From contig CAZWAK010000020.1 of NCBI GenBank assembly GCA_964631865.1, forward strand, positions 3,587-67,586: a stretch of DNA of 64,000 nucleotides, given 5' to 3'. The position numbers and the translations under genes are program-made. Source of the stretch: an uncultured Heliobacteriaceae bacterium (GTDB taxonomy: Bacteria > Acidobacteriota > Blastocatellia > RBC074). The notes beneath the pieces were generated by a model. It searched no databases and was not told the DNA's origin. It was given only the letters and a program-made list of their open reading frames with translations. This document shows, in pieces, positions 19,240-27,961 of this stretch (its first letter is position 1; the number at the start of each line of letters is the position of its first letter).

Positions 19240-20463
19240 CTACTCTGCCCGCAGCGCGACAATCGGATCGAGGCGTGCCGCTTTCCAGGCGGGATAAATG
19301 CCAAAAATCGCGCCCGTTGCGCTGGAAACGATCAACGCCATCGCTACCGCCCACAACGGCATTGAAGCGGGAACGGGCGTGAATTTGACCAGTAATGTTT
19401 TGATGCCATACGCGATGGCGAGGCCGATCAAACCGCCACACGCCGACAGCACAACGGATTCGATCAGGAATTGCAACAGAATGTCTTTGCGCCGCGCGCC
19501 GAGGCTTTTGCGGATGCCGATTTCGCGCGTGCGTTCCGTCACGGCGACGAGCATGATGTTCATAATCACGATGCCGCCGACGACCAATGAAATCGAAGTC
19601 ACGCCGAGCGCGACGGTCGCAATTACGCCAGTCAGGTTCTGGAACAAATCGTTGATCGCATCCGCCGTGATGATGCCGAAGGTGTCTTTGTCGTTGTAAT
19701 TGAGCCTGTGCCGCGTGCGCATCATCATTCTGACTTGATCTTGCAGGTCGAGAGTTTTGACATTTTCCGGGCCTTTGATCGAAAGACTCAGGCTGCGGCG
19801 CGCGCCCCAAATCTTCTGAAAAGTCGTGACCGGGATGACGACGAATTCGTCCTGCGATTGCCCGAAAACCGAGCCTTGTGCTTTGGCGACGCCGATGACT
19901 TCAAACGGCAAGCCTTCGATCTTGATTTCCATGCCGACGACTTCGCGCCGCCCATAGAGCCGATCCGCCACGTCTGCGCCGATCATCGTGACATAGCGGC
20001 TGCGCTCTTCTTCCATCTCGCTGATGTAGCGCCCGAATTCCGGCTGCACCGTATCAATGTTGCCCATCGAAGCCGTCACGCCGCGCACGTTGATGCGCGC
20101 CATGTTTTCGTTGCCGTATTTGACTTCGGTGGAGGTGCCGCCCGAAGCCCCGACATAACTCGCCAACGTCAGGCGTTCGCGCAGATAGTCCACATCCGCG
20201 AGCGTCAAGTCTTTGTTGCGGCGATTGGCTTCGAGGAATTCTTCAAAGCTGGTGATGATGCCAAATTTCTCCACGCTGAGCGTGTTCGACCCCATGTCAG
20301 CGATCTTTTCCGCAATGTATTTGTTCGCACCTTCGATGACGGACGCGACCGCGACGACCGTGACCACACCGAAGATGACACCGAGCAGGGTTAAGACGCT
20401 GCGCAGCTTGTGAGCGCGCAAGGAGGCGAGGGCGAGTTTGAGGGATTCGATTAGGGCGTACAT
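19240..20463 (-). CDS. MacB/FtsX-type ABC transporter permease (paralog)
   Basis: KLRSVLTLLGVIFG, GGIVIMNIMLVAVTERTREIGIRKSLGA, AARLDPIVALRAE. Confidence 0.92.
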   Translation of the reverse strand: MYALIESLKLALASLRAHKLRSVLTLLGVIFGVVTVVAVASVIEGANKYIAEKIADMGSNTLSVEKFGIITSFEEFLEANRRNKDLTLADVDYLRERLTLASYVGASGGTSTEVKYGNENMARINVRGVTASMGNIDTVQPEFGRYISEMEEERSRYVTMIGADVADRLYGRREVVGMEIKIEGLPFEVIGVAKAQGSVFGQSQDEFVVIPVTTFQKIWGARRSLSLSIKGPENVKTLDLQDQVRMMMRTRHRLNYNDKDTFGIITADAINDLFQNLTGVIATVALGVTSISLVVGGIVIMNIMLVAVTERTREIGIRKSLGARRKDILLQFLIESVVLSACGGLIGLAIAYGIKTLLVKFTPVPASMPLWAVAMALIVSSATGAIFGIYPAWKAARLDPIVALRAE

Positions 20464-20582
20464 AGTCACCTGTCACAATTGGAATGCGCCGAGAGAGTCA
20501 TCGGCTACCAGCCCTAAACGATAACACAAGGAGGTAAGTTGCAGGAAAGAAAGGCTGAGGACGCTGCACCAACAGCAGGGGA

Positions 20583-21611
20583 TTAGAGTTCAGGCAAATT
20601 GACGTTGCGCACGCCCAACACGCCTTCGGTCAGACATGCCGTGAAACAATCCACGACACAGGGATCGAACTGCGTGCCTGCCGCGTCTTGCAGGCGTTGG
20701 ACGGCTGTGTCCTGCCCCATACCAAGCCGGTACGGACGATCTGACGTCATGGCATCGTAGGCATCCACGACGGCGATAATCCGCGATTCCAGTGGGATTT
20801 CTTCGCCCGCCAGTTTGCCCGGATACCCACGTCCATCCCACCATTCATGATGGCGCAGCACCAATTCGCTGATGCGTTTGAGACGCGGGATTTTGACCAA
20901 CGCTTCATAGCCCCGAATCACGTGCTGATCCATGATTTTTTTCTCCCGCTCATCCAGCCGTCCCGGTTTCTGCAAGATGGCTTCCGGCACGCCAATCTTG
21001 CCAATGTCGTGCAACAAGGCGGCCAGCTTTAACTCATAAATCGAGTCTTCTGTCAGCCCCAGACGCCGTCCGACTTTGGCAACAAAATTCAAGACCGCGC
21101 CGGAATGTTCGCCCGTATAGTTATCTTTCGCGGAAAGCAACGACGCCAGCGCCAACAACACGGAAGAATTGGTTTCTTCCAGTTCCTGATGCAACAGGCG
21201 ATTGGTTTCCCGAATTTCGAAGGTCAGCAACACGTTCTCAATGACGTTGAGGAGTTCGTGTTCACTGAAGGGTTTGAGTAAATACGCCGCCAAGCCACGC
21301 GTGAACAACGAGCGTTGTTCCGCTAAGCTGGCCTGACGCCCGGTCAGCATGACGACCGGAATGCGCTTGGCACGGGCGGCGTCTTGTTGGAGGACAAGCA
21401 AATCAAAAACTTCTTTGCCTGTCATATCCCGAAGGGAATAATCCAGTAAAATTAAATCTACCTGGTGTTCTGCAACGATTCTCAAGGCTTCCTGTCCGTC
21501 CTGCGCGGTGAGGAAACGATAGCCGGCTTTCACTAAAATGATCTGCCCGACTTCGAGTTGCGACGGATCATCGTCCACCCAGAGAACCTGCTTGTTTGCG
21601 TGAGGGTGCAT
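20583..21611 (-). CDS. Response regulator receiver + HD-GYP phosphodiesterase (RpfG-like)
   Basis: REC domain (WVDDD, LILLDY, MLTG, LLKPF). HD-GYP motifs HDIGKIG, HHEWWDGRGYP, DAYDAMTSDRPYR. Start set to ATG 21611. Confidence 0.9.
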   Translation of the reverse strand: MHPHANKQVLWVDDDPSQLEVGQIILVKAGYRFLTAQDGQEALRIVAEHQVDLILLDYSLRDMTGKEVFDLLVLQQDAARAKRIPVVMLTGRQASLAEQRSLFTRGLAAYLLKPFSEHELLNVIENVLLTFEIRETNRLLHQELEETNSSVLLALASLLSAKDNYTGEHSGAVLNFVAKVGRRLGLTEDSIYELKLAALLHDIGKIGVPEAILQKPGRLDEREKKIMDQHVIRGYEALVKIPRLKRISELVLRHHEWWDGRGYPGKLAGEEIPLESRIIAVVDAYDAMTSDRPYRLGMGQDTAVQRLQDAAGTQFDPCVVDCFTACLTEGVLGVRNVNLPEL

Positions 21612-22262
21612 ACAATGGTTCCTGGTTGAGGCAGAGCTCAGCGGGATACAACTGGAGCCGCCGTGATTGATGGAGGACTTCACTCTTTGTCTTGGACAAA
21701 ACCGGCTTTTTATCCCACGACCAGTTTTTTCCTGGGAGCGTTTGGAAGCAAATGTGTGTAGGAGAGGAATGAACGATATGCAGCCAGACGAAACGTAGTT
21801 CGTTGATGTCAAGATCAAGTGTTACGTTAGGACTTCGGCAACCCCAGTGAATGCAAGGGCACGACCGTTGATTCGTAAACTATCCAAACCATCTCCGCAG
21901 ACCGCTGTGAAGCCAGACTTACAGGAAGGGCAAAGCACACTCGTGAATCCTGTAAGGCGTAGGTGTCTATCGTTGGTAGAAAGGCAAGAAGGCGGGCGAT
22001 TCTACTGTTTCGGAAATAGCAGAACCAATGAACTCCTTCTCGAGTTAGTAGGGCACAATGAATTTATAACTAATAGGGGTACTGGATATTTAAATCAGCT
22101 ACCAACGCGGGGGAGTATAACCAGCGCCTTTTCACCTGGCAAGACAATCTTCAGGCGCTGTGTTAAAACTCCCTGCCGAAGCGGATTTTAACTGAGTCAG
22201 TGGAAGAATTACTCGAAGACAAAAGCCGCGCCTCTTTTTCCGCCCGGAGTTTTTTTGCTTGC

Positions 22263-22290
22263 TTGCAATCGGCAGGTGATTCGGTACAAT
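22263..22290 (+). promoter_or_regulatory. Candidate sigma-70 promoter for the ferredoxin gene
   Basis: TTGCAA (22263-22268), N16, TACAAT (22285-22290). AAGGAG RBS precedes ATG 22344. Confidence 0.45.
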
Positions 22291-22343
22291 GGCGCACGCT
22301 ATTAGCGCGCAGATTATCTACTTAATCAAAGGAGATTATACGA

Positions 22344-22604
22344 ATGGCCACCTATGTTATTTGCGATCCGTGTATCGGCACGAAAGACACGGCTTGCGTA
22401 GACGTTTGTCCCGTGGATTGTATTCACCCGCGCCGCGACGAACCCGAATTTGAATCGTCCAACATGCTCTTCATCAACCCGGACGAATGTATTGATTGTG
22501 GCGCGTGCCAACCGGCCTGTCCCGTCGAAGCCATTTATCGCGACGAAGATGTCCCGGCGGACTGGCAACAGTATATTGAAATCAACGCGAATCATTATCG
22601 CTGA
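22344..22604 (+). CDS. 7Fe/8Fe ferredoxin (FdxA type)
   Basis: CIGTKDTACVDVCPVDCI and INPDECIDCGACQPACPVEAI motifs. Confidence 0.93.
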   Translation: MATYVICDPCIGTKDTACVDVCPVDCIHPRRDEPEFESSNMLFINPDECIDCGACQPACPVEAIYRDEDVPADWQQYIEINANHYR

Positions 22605-22654
22605 GAACTTTTGGTGGCGCGCGACTCGGAGCGGACGCCATCAGGCTTTGGCCT

Positions 22655-22831
22655 ATGTTTGAGCAGTTCTTTTTAGGCTTGGCATTGATCGGTTGTCTGG
22701 TCTTGGTTTATCGTCGGCTGCGTCTGCCGCGTGCGGCGCAGTCGGCGGACAGTTGCCCTCGTGCGTCCTGTCACTGCGAAGCAACGGACGAATTCACTGC
22801 CAGCGCCGGAGGCGAGAACAAGAGCCTCTGA
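22655..22831 (+). CDS. Small (58 aa) membrane protein with Cys-rich tail, FeoB-associated-like; absent from ORF track
   Basis: Manual translation MFEQFFLGLALIGCLVLVYRRLRLPRAAQSADSCPRASCHCEATDEFTASAGGENKSL*. One TM helix, basic patch, C-x4-C-x-C. Confidence 0.5.
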   Translation: MFEQFFLGLALIGCLVLVYRRLRLPRAAQSADSCPRASCHCEATDEFTASAGGENKSL

Positions 22832-22994
22832 ATTCTCCCCGATTTTGCAGGGACTGAAACCATTCTTCAGCTCTTCGCTTCGACTGTGGTTCGCTCGCCG
22901 CCACCGCTGCCCCGCTTGCTTCTTTCACTTTTATTCGCGCTTGCCCCGAGGCTAACAATCGCTCCCCCAATCCGTACGATGACAGCACACATTC

Positions 22995-23810
22995 ATGGTT
23001 AACCCGTCGGAAGTCATCCCATTCAGCCCTGCGGCTCCCGTCCCTGCGCCGGAACCCATCGCTTTACAAACCCGCAATCTGACGCGCTGGTTCGGAGATT
23101 TCGTCGCGGTCAATCATTTGCATCTGACGGTTCGACGCGGGTCGTTTTTTGGCTTTCTGGGGCCGAACGGCGCGGGCAAATCCACCACGATCAAAATGCT
23201 GACCGGCTTGTTAGCTCCGACCGAAGGCCAGATCGAATTGCTGGGACACGATCTGATCGCCGACCCCATCGCCGTCAAACGCTTGATCGGCGTCGTGCCC
23301 GAAGACCTGAATTTATTTGATCGTCTGACGGGCGCAGAGTATTTGACCTTCGTCGGGCGTATGCACGAACTGGAGCGCCACGTCATTGCCGAGCGCACCG
23401 CGGAACTGCTGCACGTGATGGAATTGGAGGACAAACCGAAGTCGTTGCTCATCGAATATTCACACGGCATGCGGAAAAAGATTTCGCTCGCCGCCGCGCT
23501 GCTGCATAACCCGCAGATGTTGTTTTTGGACGAGCCGTTTGAAGGCGTAGATGCGGTCGCCGCGCGCACGATCAAAAATCTGCTCGAACGCATGCGCGAA
23601 CGCGGCGTAACGATTTTTTTGACCTCGCATATTCTGGAAATCGTCGAACGGCTTTGCACCGACATCGCGATCATCAATCACGGACGCATCGTCACGGCAG
23701 GACGTCTGGACGAATTGCGCGTGCAGGCTGGCACGACCCTCGAAGATTATTTCGTCAATCTCGTCGGCGGTGAACGACGCCGGACAGATACGTTGTCCTG
23801 GATTGGCTGA
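22995..23810 (+). CDS. ABC-2 type transporter ATP-binding protein
   Basis: GPNGAGKST, YSHGMRKK, LFLDEPFEGVD, SHIL motifs. Confidence 0.93.
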   Translation: MVNPSEVIPFSPAAPVPAPEPIALQTRNLTRWFGDFVAVNHLHLTVRRGSFFGFLGPNGAGKSTTIKMLTGLLAPTEGQIELLGHDLIADPIAVKRLIGVVPEDLNLFDRLTGAEYLTFVGRMHELERHVIAERTAELLHVMELEDKPKSLLIEYSHGMRKKISLAAALLHNPQMLFLDEPFEGVDAVAARTIKNLLERMRERGVTIFLTSHILEIVERLCTDIAIINHGRIVTAGRLDELRVQAGTTLEDYFVNLVGGERRRTDTLSWIG

Positions 23811-23819
23811 GATCAACGC

Positions 23820-23851
23820 AATCTCAAATCTCAAATCTCAAATTTCAAATC
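23820..23851. repeat. Heptamer tandem array (AATYTCA x4.5) just before a start codon
   Basis: AATCTCA AATCTCA AATCTCA AATTTCA AATC, 5 nt before ATG 23857. Confidence 0.85.
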
Positions 23852-23856
23852 CTTAC

Positions 23857-25509
23857 ATGTCCCAACTCGCCACCCTCTTCTGGCTTCGCTACACGGTCTT
23901 CAAAAACTCGCTCACCACGCGGGGCGAAGTGGCGCGGCAGGTGTTGAATGCGGTGCTCTTGCTCGTGCCGCTGTTGATGAGTCTTGGCATCGGCGTGGCG
24001 CTGTTTGTGGCGCTGTTGCTGGTTGAGCATTTTCGTGAGCCAGTGGTGTCGGGCGGGATGACAACCGTGCTGGCGACGCTGTTGTTTTTGATGCTGATCT
24101 CGCAATCTACCGGCGCGTCTTCGCACTTCGACCCGCGCCGGTTCCTGCTCTTCCCCGTCCGACTGAGCAAGTTATATGTGCTGAATCTGCTCTCGGCGTT
24201 GGGCGAGTTTTCCATGCTCATGATTTTGCCTTCGATGGCGGGCATGCTGTTGGGCTTGGGGTTTGCGTACGGACAACCGCTTGGAGGCTTACTCGCCTTC
24301 ATCCTCGCGCTGTTGTGGGTAGATTCGTTGTTCATTTGCACGGGGATGTTGTTCGCGTGGTTGCTGTCGGGGCGCAAACGCAGCCGCGAGATTTTGTTTG
24401 CCCTGCTCATCGGCGCAATGACGATTGGCGGACAGTTGTTGCCGCGCTTTTTTATGACGACCTACGGGCGCGGGCTGGTGCAATGGCTGCTGCCGTATCG
24501 GCAAATCATCGCGACCGTGTTTGATTGGACACCGATTGGCGTGTGGTCGTTTTTTTTCCGGCATCTGGCGGCGGGAGAAATCGCCACCGCGTACGTGCAG
24601 TTGCTGCTCGTTTGTGGGCTGTGGATCGGTTTGGCGTGGGGCGTGGGCTATGCGCTCTTTCGCCGTCTGGCCACGAGTGCCAGCGCCAGCAGCAGCGTGA
24701 ATCGTAAGTCTACAGACGGCACGCAAATCAATTTGCACAACTTCCTCGCTTTGCGTTTGCCCTTTGTGTCCGGGCAAGTCTCCGCCATCATCGCCAAAGA
24801 ACTGCGCTACTTCGGGCGTAATCCCGCGACCTATCTCACGATTCTCTCGTCGTTGATTTTTCCGCTGCTCTTCTTCCGTTCGGGCCGCAAAGGCACGGGG
24901 CTGGGCGAAGGGTTGGGGTGGATCAGCGGCTGGGTCGGCTATGTGTTTCTGATGAACCTGCAATATTTCGTCGGGCTGTTTGCCTACGACGCCGCTGGGT
25001 TTCGGCAATATCTGCTCGCGCCGATCCAGTGGAAACGGTTGCTGTTAGGAAAAAACATCGCCATTTGGCTGATCGTGACGATGCAAATCAGCCTGGTTTT
25101 ATTGGGCGCGGAACTGCTGGATCACAATTTGACCGCTGAAAAAGTGTATGTCGCGGGATGCTCGTCGCTGCTGGCAGCAGCGATTTACAGCACAGTGGGC
25201 AATTACGTTTCGATTTACTTTCCGTACCGCGTGCAGTTCGGCGTGCCCGCGCGGCGGCGGGAAAACTGGTCGGGCATCAATTTGCTCGTGCAATTTGCGT
25301 TGTTGTTCGGCGTGATTGGGTTGCTGTTATTGCCCATCGGCGCGGGCTATTGGTTCAAAAGCAAAGGGCTGCTGTATGTCTTATTCGCGTTGCTGGCGCT
25401 GGCGAGTTGGGGGATTTATGTCTGGCTGCTGGAACGGCAAGGCAAGCTGTTGGAAGCGCGCCGCTTTGAGATCGCTGAAACATTGACACGCAAAACGGAG
25501 AAGGTTTGA
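23857..25509 (+). CDS. ABC-2 type permease (duplicated multi-TM membrane subunit)
   Basis: About 12 TM helices in two halves (FLLFPVRLSKLY; AIIAKELRYFGRNP). Start moved to ATG 23857. Confidence 0.8.
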   Translation: MSQLATLFWLRYTVFKNSLTTRGEVARQVLNAVLLLVPLLMSLGIGVALFVALLLVEHFREPVVSGGMTTVLATLLFLMLISQSTGASSHFDPRRFLLFPVRLSKLYVLNLLSALGEFSMLMILPSMAGMLLGLGFAYGQPLGGLLAFILALLWVDSLFICTGMLFAWLLSGRKRSREILFALLIGAMTIGGQLLPRFFMTTYGRGLVQWLLPYRQIIATVFDWTPIGVWSFFFRHLAAGEIATAYVQLLLVCGLWIGLAWGVGYALFRRLATSASASSSVNRKSTDGTQINLHNFLALRLPFVSGQVSAIIAKELRYFGRNPATYLTILSSLIFPLLFFRSGRKGTGLGEGLGWISGWVGYVFLMNLQYFVGLFAYDAAGFRQYLLAPIQWKRLLLGKNIAIWLIVTMQISLVLLGAELLDHNLTAEKVYVAGCSSLLAAAIYSTVGNYVSIYFPYRVQFGVPARRRENWSGINLLVQFALLFGVIGLLLLPIGAGYWFKSKGLLYVLFALLALASWGIYVWLLERQGKLLEARRFEIAETLTRKTEKV

Positions 25510-25548
25510 CTTTCTCTCAATCGAAGCCTGCAACCTGGAGACAATGGC

Positions 25549-25637
25549 TTTCACCACGAAGATCACAAAGAACACAAAGAACCTTTGTCCTGATTCGTTT
25601 CTCTTCTTTCTTCGTGCTCTTTATGCCCTTTGTGGTT
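25549..25637. repeat. Inverted nonamer-repeat element, copy 1
   Basis: CCACGAAGA TCACAAAGA ACACAAAGA arm vs TTCTTCGTG CTCTTTATG CCCTTTGTG GTT arm, between convergent genes. Confidence 0.85.
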
Positions 25638-25652
25638 TGTCGTCGTTCTGAT

Positions 25653-26561
25653 TTAGTTTTTCGCCGTGATCGTCAACACTGAAATTTCCGGCGGCACGCG
25701 AAAGCGCACCGGCAAGATGCTCGTGCCAATGCCGGGCGTCACAAACAACCGCCGCTCGCCTTCTTCGACAGAGCCAATCGCATATTTCTCGCCATGATTT
25801 GAAGGCACAACGCGCCGTCCGAGCAGCGGCAAATTCACTTGCCCGCCGTGCGTGTGCCCGGCCAACGTCAAAATGAATTGCGGCGGCAGCTTGAGAAAAA
25901 GATCCGGCGTGTGCGTGAGCGCCACAATCGGGTCGGCAGAGGTAACAGCGCGCAAGGTTTTTTCAAGATCATCTTTGTGTGTGAAGTAATCGCCCAGCCC
26001 CCCCAGCCACAACGTACTGCCCCGGCGCTCGATCCGCACTGCATCGTTCGTCAACACGCGAATCCCAACTCCTTCAAAAGCGCGCGTGACGCGCTCGCGC
26101 CCCAACCACCAATCGTGATTGCCAAGCACCGCATACACGCCAAGCGGCGCGCGCAAGTCCTTGAGGATTTCGACAAAGGCTTCTGGCTCGGTGAAGCTCC
26201 CGCCGATGACGTCTTGAATCACGTAGTCGCCGAGCAGCACGATTAAATCGGGCTGCTGTTCATTGCTGCGGCGCACGACTTCACGCACTTTGTCGAGCGT
26301 GATGTGCGGCGCACCGACGTGCAAATCCGACAACGCGACGACTTTGAGACCGGCAAAGCCTGCGGGCCAGTTCGGAATCGCAATCGCAGTGGCTTTGACC
26401 GTGAGTTGATTCGGCTCCCACCAGAGCGTCCACCACGCCAATGCCAGCCCAAGCAGCAGAAGCACCGGGACGACGCGCACGTACATCCACCGCGCCCGTT
26501 TCCACGCTCGCGCATCCAGCCAGCGCCACCACGCCCGCGCGCGTCTCAAGCGAGTGCTCAT
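25653..26561 (-). CDS. Membrane-anchored metallophosphoesterase (YkuE-like)
   Basis: LSDLHVG, LLGDY, VLGNHD, LTHTPD, LAGHTHGGQV. Start ATG 26561 overlaps the upstream stop (ATGA). Confidence 0.9.
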   Translation of the reverse strand: MSTRLRRARAWWRWLDARAWKRARWMYVRVVPVLLLLGLALAWWTLWWEPNQLTVKATAIAIPNWPAGFAGLKVVALSDLHVGAPHITLDKVREVVRRSNEQQPDLIVLLGDYVIQDVIGGSFTEPEAFVEILKDLRAPLGVYAVLGNHDWWLGRERVTRAFEGVGIRVLTNDAVRIERRGSTLWLGGLGDYFTHKDDLEKTLRAVTSADPIVALTHTPDLFLKLPPQFILTLAGHTHGGQVNLPLLGRRVVPSNHGEKYAIGSVEEGERRLFVTPGIGTSILPVRFRVPPEISVLTITAKN

Positions 26562-27826
26562 CGCGCCTCCTCCGCCAACTTCGCCAGAAACATTTGATCC
26601 AGATGATTCTGCTCCGCCCAATACCGATCAAAGAACGAATAGCTTTTGCGCCCACGCGCGACCTGCTCGACGCGGCTTGTCCAGTCCCGCAATTTCTGCC
26701 GATGTGCTTCCCAGGCATCCGCGCGCGACAAGGCTTCGACTTGAAACGTCACGCGCGCTTCTTCGACCATTGCGCGCCGTCGCGCGTAATCGCCGATGAC
26801 CATTCGGTGCAATCGTTCGTGCTGCCAGAACAACGCTTCCGTGTCGCCGAGATGGTTGTCGCGCCCAATAATGACGGGCTTATAAACGCTCAGGCACGGC
26901 GACGAAGTGCCCGTCAAATAATGCTGCGCGCCGCTTGTCGTCACGCGACTGACCATCGAACCCGTCGTTTGTCCTGACCGTCGCGTTGGCCACCACGAAG
27001 CGTGGGTGCAAGGCATTTGCAACCGCCAACCTTGTCGCGGCGTAAAACCGTTGTGATCGCGCAGTGCGGCAAACATATCTTCGCGCCCGATGCCTTTCGC
27101 ATTGCTCGAAAGTCGTTGCATCGTGCAAGCGCGACGCACCGCGCCGCCGCTCAAATCCGCACGTTTCGCATCGCCGAAGCAGCGCGCGAAATCAAAGTCA
27201 TCCGCCGCTTTGCACCAGCCCTGACGGCGCGCAAATTCGTACGTCCCCGGCGCGATCAAATCGAATTCCTTGCCAATCGTCAACAAATTGGAGATCGTGC
27301 GAATGCCTTTCACTTTCTCTGCGACCCAATATTGATCGGCAGTTTCGAGCACCCAGGCTTCGTTCGCATCCGCAATCAAAAACGAATTGTGGTAGCGAAA
27401 TTTTTTGTTGCGATAACCACACGCGCCGCCTTGTCCGTGCTGAGCGATGAGGTCAGTTATGATCTGCAAAGCTTCGCGCGCACAACTGCCGCGTTCCAGC
27501 GCGAGCCGCAACAGATCCATGCCGAGCAAGCCATTTTGCGCGTACGGCAACTTCGTGAACACGGCTTCGTTGCCAATCACCACGCCGCGTTCATTCGCGC
27601 CCATTTCCGCGCCCCACATCCAAAACGGACGACTCAACACGACTTCAAACGTGTGCCTGGCCTGCGGGATTTCGAGGTACGTGCAACGCAGTTTCGCGGC
27701 ATCGTGCGTACGCGCAGGCAAATGTTCGACGAGTTGCATTTCGCCCGGTTCGCGGTCGCTGTTTTTGCCAAACCAGACGGCTCCATCCGCTGTCGCGGGA
27801 GGCACGGCTACCATTGTGTCGCACAT
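26558..27826 (-). CDS. Peptidase C69 (secernin/dipeptidase, Ntn hydrolase)
   Basis: N-terminal MCDT nucleophile, FGKNSDREPGE, WGAEMGANERGVVIGNEAV, GMDLLRLALER. Confidence 0.88.
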   Translation of the reverse strand: MCDTMVAVPPATADGAVWFGKNSDREPGEMQLVEHLPARTHDAAKLRCTYLEIPQARHTFEVVLSRPFWMWGAEMGANERGVVIGNEAVFTKLPYAQNGLLGMDLLRLALERGSCAREALQIITDLIAQHGQGGACGYRNKKFRYHNSFLIADANEAWVLETADQYWVAEKVKGIRTISNLLTIGKEFDLIAPGTYEFARRQGWCKAADDFDFARCFGDAKRADLSGGAVRRACTMQRLSSNAKGIGREDMFAALRDHNGFTPRQGWRLQMPCTHASWWPTRRSGQTTGSMVSRVTTSGAQHYLTGTSSPCLSVYKPVIIGRDNHLGDTEALFWQHERLHRMVIGDYARRRAMVEEARVTFQVEALSRADAWEAHRQKLRDWTSRVEQVARGRKSYSFFDRYWAEQNHLDQMFLAKLAEEAR

Positions 27827-27961
27827 AAAAAACTATTGGTTCTTTCAGCGTTCTGAAAACGTGGGGAAAGTAGCAGGGAAATTGGATGCAGGCAAATGCG
27901 CGACGATTGAGCGGCAGATGACGTTCGATTCCAGCGCCGAGTCGAGTACAATCCAACGACT

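Noticed and set aside
21781-21900. c-di-GMP-I (GEMM) riboswitch upstream of the HD-GYP regulator
   Set aside because: Only a GGGGTTGCCGAA-like tail is seen on the minus strand. The GGCAAA...GNRA...GACGCAAA core is missing.
21847-22191. 114-aa ORF in the intergenic region
   Set aside because: No RBS, atypical composition and no motif; it overlaps the hairpin-rich non-coding segment.
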